DNA from: Octopus sinensis
Taxonomy: Eukaryota
NCBI RefSeq assembly: GCF_006345805.1
Contig: NC_042997.1
Span: forward strand, 117,924,001 to 117,988,000
Direction of reading: 5' to 3'
Length of the DNA: 64,000 nucleotides
The position numbers and the translations under genes were made by a program. Position 1 is the first letter of the stretch; each line of letters opens with the position of its first letter. This document shows positions 35,583-47,400 of the stretch, piece by piece. The notes beneath the pieces were generated by a model. The model saw only the letters and a list, made by a program, of their open reading frames with translations. It ran no database searches and was not told where the DNA came from.

Positions 35583-35648
35583 CACTACGATCGTTTCATG
35601 GCTGTTAATTTCTTTAAATTTTCGAGTTACAGTCATTTCATCAGGTGG
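35583..35648 (-). ncRNA. Type I hammerhead ribozyme-like motif, Penelope-associated
   Basis: The minus strand reads CCAC-CTGATGA-A-ATGACTGT...ACAGCCAT-GAAAC-GATC-GTA/GTG. This gives both conserved core strands, stem II, a short stem III with a palindromic loop, and a 3-bp stem I. Confidence 0.6.
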
Positions 35649-36074
35649 TTTAAATATTTAACTTGGCGAGGTTTAATCAATGAACTAAAATTTTAATAAT
35701 TTTATGTATTCAAATAATATAAATTAAATAATCTTATGTATTGGCTTAAGATTTTCATTGTATGATTTGCCTAATAGTGGTTTTATCTCTAATTTAATAT
35801 AATATATATATATGTGTGTGTGTGTGTGTGTATATATAAAAGAATTGTTAGAAGCAATGGAGGTAATGCCTCACTTTTTGTACGAAGTAAATTAATTATA
35901 TGTAGATTAGTTACATATAAGTACTTACATACATACACACACATGCATACATGCACACATACATACATACATACGATTTCGTGCTTTTCTTTAAGCGTGG
36001 TTAATATTTTTTACTGAAAGTAGTCTCTTTATTTATCTGTTGTTGTTTAGAAATCGTTCCACTGCATTGGTATG

Positions 36075-36830
36075 AATTAACTATTTTGAAGTCTGGCTAG
36101 AGATTCTCGTCACATCTATTTATGTGTTCACTGAATGGTCCTTGTCTCCATTTTGGGAAGCAAATTTGTTCTCTGTCTTAATGTCATTCCTATTCGTCTT
36201 GTATAGTTCTATCCATAGCCTAAACATGTTCTAGCACAGATCAGGTTTTCAGATGTACAACTCATTCATTATTTTGAATGTTATAAACCGCATTGTTTCT
36301 ATCATTATGTGTATATATTGGTATATAAAATAAGTTTCAAATCGGGTGTGTTATTTGGTTTTACTTCTCTTAGTGTCTGAATATCATTGTCTTGGCATGT
36401 TTTATGCCATCATCCATTAGTGATAGTGAATAATATCTGTGGATGAACAAGGTTTGAAGTTTGCGAAGGCATAAGACATGGGTATTTTCATCGGAGACAA
36501 ATGTGGAAAACCAGTTTGCTAAATTAAAAGGAATCTTTTAGTGTTTTTTTCCAGTGACATGAGCTAAAGAATGGGTATTGACTTGAGTTTGTGGGTTTAA
36601 TAATAAATGCCATTTTCAGTTTGGTTAATGACTTTTTAAAAAAAATATCTAATAATAGAAGTTTATCTTTGTTGTATTCCCTTGTGACACAATGGCATTT
36701 TGGCATCAAAAGGTTTAAAATGCATTCTGTGCTGAGCTGTAGTCTTCAGAAGGGACAGATAGGTGGCGCTTTCCATTTTTATGTTAGTATATTTTGTTAC
36801 CTGCTATTTTAGCCAATCTTAGACTACCAA
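36075..36830 (-). pseudogene. Penelope-like element remnant (RT thumb/linker and GIY-YIG endonuclease)
   Basis: Translation gives KLLLLDI...IKPTNSSQYPFFSSCH (canonical LPFLDI...YRKPT...YL...SCHP), then ENLICARTCLGYG*NYTRRIGMTLRQR...FSEHINRC. Confidence 0.75.
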
Positions 36831-37880
36831 CCTGTCAGCAAATGCCAACATTTTATCTTTTTTTTTTTTTTGCAGGAATCCCAAGGCAGAATTAAAGAAT
36901 TCAATAATTTTATGTTTAACAAACTACAATAAAGAAGGTGTAAAAATGTAACAGAGACATAACAACAATAAAATCATATGTTTGCATATATTAGTGTTTT
37001 TCCTTTATTTTTCAAATTCTTCCAGGCCATACAACTCTTCTAGTTTAAGATGGAATTCATAAAACAGCATCTGTATTTATAAAGCTGTTATGGACAGTAA
37101 TACATATATAGAAAAATAAAATCTTTTCAAATTACAATATTAATAATAAAAGCTTGGTTTTACATAAAATATGTTTTAGTATTTATTGAAAACTTCATTT
37201 AAAAAAAAAAACGCATTCACTTTTCTGAAGCAGTTGGAGGGCACACTTGTGTAGGTATGTCGCTGTAGAAAATATGAGATATAACAAGAAAGTTATATAT
37301 GTTTGTATATATTTGTAGTTATCATTGCAAATGCTTCCACATTATAGAACTCTTCCAGTGTAAGTGATGCTGGAAAATATGGTGGTCAATAAGCATGTAT
37401 AAAGGTTATGGATAGTAATGCAGTTATAGAAAATTAAAATGTCTTCAAATTTTAACATGAATAATAAAGCTGAGATTTACATAAAACATGTAGAAAAATA
37501 GTGTTATGCTTTTGTACAATCGTTTAAATTACTCTTTAGGTTCACATGTAGTGTTGATGGAAAAATGTTTGAGAAAATACAGAAATATAATATAAGTGGT
37601 TACAGAGATGTACTTCCATAGCAAGTGACCTGATCTGAGATCATGTGCTGGAACGAAAACAATTGCCGCATGGGAGGTGTTTATAGGCCATTTAAGAAAC
37701 ACACACACACACACACACACAAAAACTCCTTAGATTCACTTTAACATTTAAATTTAATTTGCCAAAATATTTTCATCGCTTTGAGATTGCGACCTGTTCA
37801 CTGATAAAATTCCGTGCTGCGTGTTTCTTAAATGGCTTATAAATATATGTGGTTGTTACATATGGCAAATTGGCTTTTAA

Positions 37881-38967
37881 CCCTTTCGTTACTATATTTC
37901 TGACCAAATTACACCCCTTATGTGTTTCAATTAATTTCTAACGTAATCATAAATTTAGTCTGGTTTCATTAAACAACTATAACTTTTTTATTTATCGATA
38001 TATCAATCTGATTTTTGGAAGATAATTTAATGAAATATTCTCAACCAATTCTATACTATAATTTTTGTTACAAAGTGACTCTAATTGCAGGTAGATACAG
38101 GTAAATTCCACAAAATATAAAATTATTAAAATTTTGTTCAAACATCGCTATAGAAAATGGGTTATTAGCTAATATTCAATTGGGTATACAACAAAATTTT
38201 ACGATAGAATTTGTTATTCTGGGTAACTTTCTGATACCCATAATATATATTTACGGCAAAATAGTCTTAATTTCATTTAAGGTTGAGGGAAACCACAAAC
38301 TATCGTTTCTTTTGCTTTGTTTACGTTTAGCGTAACGGTTCGTCTCCGCCGTAATGATTTCAAATAGGCTCATTCGAAAAAGTAAAAAGAAATAGTCTAA
38401 GGCTTTACTCTTCTGGGAAAGTCTGTGGCTTGGTCCAGTTTCTTCAGAGAAATCACCGAGAGAAACAGTTTTTAAATTTTCACTCCATTCAGGTGCCAAT
38501 TCGTTTTCTTTATCGCTATCGGAGATCTCAGATTCACTATTTTCACTTTCGGAAAATGAAACATCAGATTCATTATCAAATACCACATGCTTTTTTTTTT
38601 CAGTCATAGAGTTAGATTTATGAAGGTCTCCAGTAGAAAATCCTTCGAATTCTGACTCGCTGCTTGATATAATGAAATTCGTATCCATTTTTTGTCAGAA
38701 TTACAAATTTTGAAAACACAATAGGAACAAATTTCAGAAAAAAATCTCCCAAAATTCACGGAATTAAAATTACACTTCGATTATTGTACAAAACTGTAGT
38801 TGAACTGTTTACGAAGTATAATACGTGTTTTCACGAATGTACTGAAGAGATTTGCTCTGATATTCTCATTTAAATATGAATAGGTAAATTCGGGCGGCTT
38901 TGGGCGGTTTGGTTTCATAAACCAAAATTTTGTTCGGGCGGCTTTGGGCGGTTTGGTAACGAAAGGG
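37881..38967 (-). mobile_element. Internally deleted piggyBac element
   Basis: TTAA TSDs at 37877-37880 and 38968-38971, with TIRs CCCTTTCGTTAC and GTAACGAAAGGG. A second TIR-like sequence starts at 38972. Confidence 0.9.
38251..38688 (-). pseudogene. piggyBac transposase N-terminal fragment (145 aa, no DDD catalytic core)
   Basis: An acidic Ser-rich N-terminus followed by GPSHRL...LDYFFLLF...EIITAETNRYA...WFPSTLNEIK, the start of DDE_Tnp_1_7. Confidence 0.85.
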
Positions 38968-39770
38968 TTAATCCTTTTGTTACCATATTTCTGTTGAGAT
39001 GATTTGTGTTTCAATTAATTTGAAATTGATTATCTTCAAGCATAAATACATACATAGAGATGCTACAGATGCTACTGTGTGTGTGTGTGTACAATGATGG
39101 ATTCAGGGGTTTCGTTTGCTTGCGAGTTGATTTCTTAATTTCACCGGGGTAGGTCAATGATTTTGAAAAGAATTTTGATTGATCATTTGCAAGGGACTAC
39201 AGTGTAGCTTTTATATGTTTTGAGGCACTTTGAAACAAAAATAATAGGTATTCATCTCATATATGTGTTCTTGCATATACACACCTACAAGGTTGTATAT
39301 AATGTTATGTATACGTAAAGAACAATAAGTAAAGAAGGGTTTTACAGTTTCTGATATCTTGCGTGAGATTCTGTTTTCCATCATGTACAGGGTTTTTCAC
39401 TTGTGGTTAGTTCATATGGCAAGGTGCATACGGTAAGATTCTCCTCTTGGACAGGATGCCAGTCCATCACGACTTGTTACTTAATATAATCGAATAATCC
39501 GAGAGGTGCAACGAGCGATTATTGAATAACAAGTGAGCATAGATGAGCTGTTGAATTGAAAGGACAGGAGCATCGATCCGTTGAGTCTCATGAAGCCCAT
39601 TGAGAAATTGAATGTATTCCAGTGAACAGACACAAATATCGACCTTTGGTCAATCATCAAGAGAGTGGATACGGGCATTGAGCTCCTGAATGTGTTCGGA
39701 ATACTGAAACGTAATACAGCCGAGGGAAGCCAAGTAATGAAACATGAGAGTTTTGGAAACATTGTACAGT

Positions 39771-41290
39771 TGGGTACTTATTATTTGTACTTATTATTAA
39801 GCAGGCAAGTAGGCTGTTGTACCGCGAGTAAGAAGGTTGGCAAGTGTAGTAGTGACCGGAGATGGTTAGGTCTTTATATGTGTATGGAAGGAGAGAAAAT
39901 AGTAGTTCAGTAAAGGAGAAGTTGTAAGACTGAGAAGTAGTGGGAGAAAGTAATAGCAATGAGAGAGAGAGAGGAATATTGCTATTAATAATTAAGGCGA
40001 AGTAGTGGTTGAATACTGAAGTCCACACAAACACACGAGCGACAGGTTAGTTTTTTCGTCTGCGTTGGTGAAAAAAGTGACGAGCGACAGGTTAGTTTTT
40101 TCGTCTGCGTTGGTGAAAAAAGTGACGAGCGACAGGTTAGTTTTTTCGTCTGCGTTGGTGAAAAAAGTGACGAGCGACAGGTTAGATGGGTACATATTAT
40201 TTGTACTTATTATTAAGCAGGCAAGTAGGCTGTTGTACCGCGAGTAAGAAGGTTGGCAAGTGTAGTAGTGACCGGAGATGGTTAGGTTTTTATATGTGTA
40301 TGGAAGGAAAGAAAATAGTAGTTCAGTAAGGGAGAAGTTGTAAGACTGAGAAGTAGTGGGAGAAAGTAATAGCAATGAGAGAGAGGAATATTGCTATTAA
40401 TAATTAAGGCGAAGTAGTGGTTGAATACTGAAGTCCACACAAACACACGAGCGACAGGTTAGTTTTTTTCGTCTGCGTTGGTGAAAAAAAAAGTGACGAG
40501 CGACAGTTAGTTTTTTCGTCTGCGTTGGTGAAAAAAGTGACGAGCGACAGGTTAGTTTTTTCGTCTGCGTTGGTGAAAAAAGTGACGAGCGACAGGTTAG
40601 TTTTTTCGTCTGCGTTGGTGAAAAAAGTGACGAGCGACAGGTTAGTTTTTTCGTCTGCGTTGGTGAAAAAGTGACGAGCGACAGGTTAGTTTTTTCGTCT
40701 GCGTTGGTGAAAAAAGTGACGAGCGACAGGTTAGTTTTTTCGTCTGCGTTGGTGAAAAAAGTGACGAGCGACAGGTTAGTTTTTTCGTCTGCGTTGGTGA
40801 AAAAAGTGACGAGCGACAGGTTAGTTTTTTCGTCTGCGTTGGTGAAAAAAGTGACGAGCGACAGGTTAGTTTTTTCGTCTGCGTTGGTGAAAAAGTGACG
40901 AGCGACAGGTTAGTTTTTTCGTCTGCGTTGGTGAAAAAAGTGACGAGCGACAGGTTAGTTTTTCGTGCTGCGTCTGCGTTTGAAAAAAGTGACGAGCGAC
41001 AGGTTAGTTTTTTCGTCTGCGTTGGTGAAAAAAGTGACGAGCGACAGGTTAGTTTTTTCGTCTGCGTTGGGTACTTATTATTAAGCAGGCAAGTAGGCTG
41101 TTGTACCGCGAGTAAGAAGGTTGGCAAGTGTAGTAGTGACCGGAGATGGTTAGGTTTTTATATGTGTATGGAAGGAAAGAAAATAGAAGTTCAGTAAAGG
41201 AGAAGTTGTAAGACTGAGAAGTAGTGGGAGAAAGTAATAGCAATGAGAGAGAGGAATATTGCTATTAATAATTAAGGCGCAGTAGTGGTG
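39771..41290 (+). repeat. Composite tandem array: three ~220-240-bp units interleaved with 45-bp repeats
   Basis: Long units are at about 39771, 40188 and 41069. The 45-mer GTGACGAGCGACAGGTTAGTTTTTTCGTCTGCGTTGGTGAAAAAA occurs about 3 times (40035-40185) and about 14 times (40445-41068). Confidence 0.92.
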
Positions 41291-41406
41291 ATTCTTTATT
41301 ACCCACTAGGGGCGACACAGATGGGGACACCAAAAGACATGGGGACATAGAACATTATAATTAAAATTTATGAAAAATGAATTGTTAAGTGAAAGAAAAT
41401 GATAAT

Positions 41407-44400
41407 ACATTACAACAAAGTTGGGTTAGAAAAAAAAGTTCAATTTCCCGGCGCACATTACAACAAAGTTGGGTTAGAAAAAAAAGTTCGATTTCCCGGC
41501 GCACATTACAACAAAGTTGGGTTAGAAAAAAAAGTTCGCTTTCCCGGCGCCACATTACAACAAAGTGGGTTAGATAGAAAACAAAGTTCGATTTCCCGGC
41601 GCACATTACAACAAATGTGGGTTAGAAAAAAAAGTTCGATTTCCCGGCGCACATTACAACAAAGTTGGGTTAGAAAAAAAAGTTCGATTTCCCGGCGCAC
41701 ATTACAACAAAGTTGGGTTAGAAAAAAAAGTTCGATTTCCCGGCGCACATTACAACAAAGTTGGGTTAGAAAAAAAAGTTCGATTTCCCGGCGCACATTA
41801 CAACAAAGTTGGGTTAGAAAAAAAAGTTCGATTCCCGGCGCACATTACAACAAAGTTGGGTTAGAAAAAAAAGTTCGATTTCCCGGCGCACATTACAACA
41901 AAGTTGGGTTAGAAAAAAAAGTTCGATTTCCCGGCGCACATTACAACAAAGTTGGGTTAGAAAAAAAGTTCGATTTCCCGGCGCACATTACAACAAAGTT
42001 GGGTTAGAAAAAAAAGTTCGATCCCGGCGCACATTACAACAAAGTTGGGTTAGAAAAAAAAGTTCGATTTCCCGGCGCACATTACAACAAAGTTGGGTTA
42101 GAAAAAAAAGTTCGATTTCCCGGCGCACATTACAACAAAGTTGGGTTAGAAAAAAAGTTCGATTTCCCGGCGCACATTACAACAAAGTTGGGTTAGAAAA
42201 AAAAGTTCGATTTCCCGGCGCACATTACAACAAAGTTGGGTTAGAAAAAACAGTTCGATTTCCCGGCGCACATTACAACAAAGTTGGGTTAGAAAAAAAA
42301 GTTCGATTTCCCGGCGCACATTACAACAAAGATGGGTTAGAAAAAAAAGTTCGATTTCCCGGCGCACATTACAACAAAGTTGGGTTAGAAAAAAAAGTTC
42401 GATTTCCCGGCGCACATTACAACAAAGATGGGTTAGAAAAAAAAGTTCGATTTCCCGGCGCACATTACAACAAAGTTGGGTTAGAAAAAAGTTCGATTTC
42501 CCGGCGCACATTACAACAAAGTTGGGTTAGAAAAAAAATGTTCGATTTCCCGGCGCACATTACAACAAAGTTGGGTTAGAAAAAAAGTTCGATTTCCCGG
42601 CGCACATTACAACAAAGTTGGGTTAGAAAAAAAAGTTCGATTTCCCGGCACATACAAACAAGTTGGGTTAGAAAAAAAAGTTCGATTTCCCGGCGCATAT
42701 TACAACAAATTGGGTTAGAAAAAAAAGTTCGATTTCCCGGCGCACATTACAACAAAGTTGGGTTAGAAAAAAAGTTCGATTTCCCGGCGCACATTACAAC
42801 AAAGTTGGGGTTAGAGAAAAAAAGTTCGATTTCCCGGCGCACATTACAACAAAGTTGGGTTAAAAAAAAAAAGTTCGATTTCCCGGCGCACGTTACAACA
42901 AAGTTGGGGTTAGAGAAAAAAAAGTTCGATTTCCCGGCGCACATTACAACAAAGTTGGGTTAGAAAAAAAAGTTCGATTTCCCGGCGCACATTACAACAA
43001 AGTTGGGTTAGAAAAAAAAGTTCGATTTCCCGGCGCACATTACAACAAAGTGGGTTAGAAAAAAAAGTTCGATTTCCCGGCGCACATTACAACAAAGTTG
43101 GGTTAGAAAAAAAAGTTCGATTTCCCGGCGCACATTACAACAAAGTTGGGTTAGAAAAAAAAGTTCGATTTCCCGGCGCACATTACAACAAAGTTGGGTT
43201 AGAAAAAAAAGTTCGATTTCCCGGCGCACATTACAACAAAGTTGGGTTAGAAAAAAAAGTTCGATTTCCCGGCGCACATTACAACAAAGTTGGGTTAGAA
43301 AAAAAAGTTCGATTTCCCGGCGCACATTACAACAAAGTTGGGTTAGAAAAAAAGTTCGATTTCCCGGCGCACATTACAACAAAGTTGGGTTAGAAAAAAT
43401 TTCGATTTCCCGGGCCACTTACAACAAAGTTGGGTTAGAAAAAAAAGTTCGATTTCCCGGCGCACATTACAACAAAGTTGGGTTAGAAAAAAAAGTTCGA
43501 TTTCCCGGCGCACATTACAACAAAGTTGGGTTAGAAAAAAAAGTTCGATTTCCCGGCGCACATTACAACAAAGTTGGGTTAGAAAAAAAAGATCGATTTC
43601 CCGGCGCACATTACAACAAAGTTGGGTTAGAAAAAAAAGATCGATTCCCGGCGCACATTACACAAAGCTGGGTTAGAAAAAAAAGATCGATTTCCCGGCG
43701 CACATTACACAAAGTTGGGTTAGTTAGAAAAAAAGTTCGATTTCCCGGCGCACATTACAACAAAGTTGGGTTAGAAAAAAAAGTTCGATTTCCCGGCGCA
43801 CATTACAACAAAGTTGGGTTAGAAAAAAAGTTCGATTCCCGGCGCACATTACAACAAAGTTGGGTTAGAAAAAAAAGTTCGATTTCCCGGCGCACATTAC
43901 AACAAAGTTGGGTTACAAAAAAAAGTTCGATTTCCCGGCGCACATTACAACAAAGTTGGGTTAGAAAAAAAAGTTCGATTTCCCGGCGCACATTACAACA
44001 AAGTTGGGTTAGAAAAAAAAGTTCGATTTCCCGGCGACACATTACAACAAAGTTGGGTTAGAAAAAAAGTTCGATTTCCCGGCGCACATTACAACAAAGT
44101 TGGGTTAGAAAAAAAAGTTCGATTTCCCGGCGCACATTACAACAAAGTTGGGTTAGAAAAAAAAGTTCGATTTCCCGGCGCACATTACAACAAAGTTGGG
44201 TTAGAAAAAAAAGTTCGATTTCCCGCGCACATTACAAAAAGTTGGGTTGTTAGAAAAAAAGTTCGATTTCCCGGCGCACATTACAACAAAGTTGGGTTAG
44301 AAAAAAAAGTTCGATTTCCCGGCGCACATTACATCAAAGTTGGGTTAGAAAAAAAAGTTCGATTTCCCGGCGCACATTCAACAAAGTTGGGTTAGAAAAA

Positions 44401-47400
44401 AGAGATCGATTTCCCGGCGCACATTACAACAAAGTTGGGTTAGAAAAAAAAGTTCGATTTCCCGGCGCACATTACAACAAAGTTGGGTTAGAAAAAAAAG
44501 TTCGATTTCCCGGCGCACATTACAACAAAGTTGGGTTAGAAAAAAGTTCGATTTCCCGGCGCACATTACAACAAAGTTGGGTTAGAAAAAAAAGTTCGAT
44601 TTCCCGGCGCACATTACAACAAAGTTGGGTCAGAAAAAAAAGTTCGATTTCCCGGCGCACATTACAACAAAGTTGGGTTAGAAAAAAAAGTTCGATTTCC
44701 CGGCGCACATTACAACAAAGTTGGGTTAGAAAAAAAGTTCGATTTCCCGGCGCACATTACAAAAAAGTTGGGTTAGAAAAAAAAGTTCGATTTCCCGGCG
44801 CACATTACAACAAAGTTGGGTTAGAAAAAAAAGTTCGATTTCCCGGCGCACATTACAACAAAGTTGGGTTAGAAAAAAAAGTTCGATTTCCCGGCGCACA
44901 TTACAACAAAGTTGGGTTAGAAAAAAAAGTTCGATTTCCCGGCGCACATTACAACAAAGTTGGGTTAGAAAAAAAAGTTCGATTTCCCGGCGCACATAAC
45001 AACAAAGTTGGGTTAGAAAAAAACAGTTCGATTTCCCGGCGCACATTACAACAAAGTTGGGTCGATTTCCCGGCGCACATTACAACAAAGTTGGGTTAGA
45101 AAAAAAAGTTCGATTTCCCGGCGCACATTACAACAAAGTTGGGTTAGAAAAAAAAGTTCGATTTCCCGGCGCACATTACAACAAAGTTGGGTTAGAAAAA
45201 AAAGTTCGATTTCCCCGGCGCACATTACAACAAAGTTGGGTTAGAAAAAAAGTTCGATTTCCCGGCGCACATTACAACAAAGTTGGGTTAGAAAAAAAGT
45301 TCGATTTCCCGGCGCACATTACAACAAAGTTGGGTTAGAAAAAAAAGTTCGATTTCCCGGCGCACATTACAACAAAGTTGGGTTAGAAAAAAAAGTTCGA
45401 TTTCCCGGCGCACATTACAACAAAGTTGGGTTAGAAAAAAAAGTTCGATTTCCCGGCGCACATTACAACAAAGTTGGGTTAGAAAAAAAAGTTCGATTTC
45501 CCGGCGCACATTACAACAAAGTTGGGTTAGAAAAAAAAGTTCGATTTCCCGGCGCACATAACAACAAAGTTGGGTTAGAAAAAAAAGTTCGATTTCCCGG
45601 CGCACATTACAACAAAGTTGGGTTTAGAAAAAAAGTTCGATTTCCCGGCGCACATTACAACAAAGTTGGGTTAGAAAAAAAAGTTCGATTTCCCGGCGCA
45701 CATAACAACAAAGTTGGGTTAGAAAAAAACAGTTCGATTTCCCGGCGCACATTACAACAAAGTTGGGTTAGAAAAAAAAGTTCGATTTCCCGGCGCACAT
45801 TACAACAAAGTTGGGTTAGAAAAAAAAGATCGATTTCCCGGCGCACATTACAACAAAGTTGGGTTAGAAAAAAAAGATCGATTTCCCGGCGCACATTACA
45901 ACAAAGCTGGGTTAGAAAAAAAAGATCGATTTCCCGGCGCACATTACAACAAAGTTGGGTTAGAAAAAAAAGTTCGATTTCCCGGCGCACATTACAACAA
46001 AGTTGGGTTAGAAAACAAAGTTCGATTTCCCGGCGCACATTACAACAAAGTTGGGTTAGAAAAAAGAGATCGATTTCCCGGCGCACATTACAACAAAGTT
46101 GGGTTAGAAAAAAAAGTTCGATTTCCCGGCGCACATTACAACAAAGTTGGGTTAGAAAAAAAAGTTCGATTTCCCGGCGCACATTACAACAAAGTTGGGT
46201 TAGAAAAAAAAGTTCGATTTCCCGGCGCACATTACAACAAAGTTGGGTTAGAAAAAAAAGTTCGATTTCCCGGCGCACATTACAACAAAGTTGGGTTAAA
46301 AAAAAGTTCGATTTCCCGGCGCACATTACAACAAGTTGGGTTAGAAAAAAAGTTCGATTTCCCGGCGCACATTAAAAAAAGTTGGGTTAGAAAAAAAAGT
46401 TCGATTTCCCGGCGCACATTACAACAAAGTTGGGTTAGAAAAAAAAGTTCGATTTCCCGGCGCACATAACAACAAAGTTGGGTTAGAAAAAAAAGTTCGA
46501 TTTCCCGGCGCACATTACAACAAAGTTGGGTTAGAAAAAAAAGTTCGATTTCCCGGCGCACATTACAACAAAGTTGGGTTAGAAAAAAAGTTCGATTTCC
46601 GGCGCACATTACAACAAAGTTGGGTTAGAAAAAAAAGATCGATTTCCCGGCGCACATTACAACAAAGTTGGGTTAGTTAGAAAAAAAAGTTCGATTTCCC
46701 GGCGCACATTACACAAAGTTGGGTTAGAAAAAAAAGTTCGATTTCCCGGCGCACATTACAACAAAGTTGGGTTGGGTTAGAAAAGAAAGTTCGATTTCCC
46801 GCGCACATTACAACAAAGTTGGGTCAGAAAAAAAAGTTCGATTTCCGGCGCACATAACAACAAGTTGGGTTAGAAAAAAACAGTTCGATTTCCCGCGCGC
46901 ACATTACACAAAGTGGGTCGATTTCCCGGCGCACATTACAACAAAGTTGGGTTGTAGAAAAAAAAGTTCGATTTCCCGGCGCACATTACAACAAAGTTGG
47001 GTTAGAAAAAGTTCGATTTCCCGCGCACATAACAACAAAGTTGGGTTAGAAAAAAACAGTTCGATTTCCCGGCGCACATTACAACAAAGTTGGGTTAGAA
47101 AAAAAAGTTCGATTTCCCGGCGCACATTACAACAAGTTGGGTTAGAAAAAAAAGTTCGATTTCCCGGCGCACATTACAACAAAGTTGGGTTTAGAAAAAA
47201 AAGTTCGATTTCCCGGCGCACATTACAACAAAGTTGGGTTAGAAAAAAAAGTTCGATTTCCCGGCGCACATTACAACAAAGGTGGGTTAGAAAAAAAAGT
47301 TCGATTTCCCGGCGCACATTAAAACAAGTTGGGTTAGAAAAAAAAGTTCGATTCCCGGCGCACATTACAACAAAGTTGGGTTGGTTAGAAAAAAAAGTTC

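Noticed and set aside
37745-37825. Second hammerhead-like motif (minus strand CAGTGAACAGG-TCGC...GCGA-TGAAA)
   Set aside because: It lacks the CUGANGA core and a recognisable stem III and cleavage triplet.
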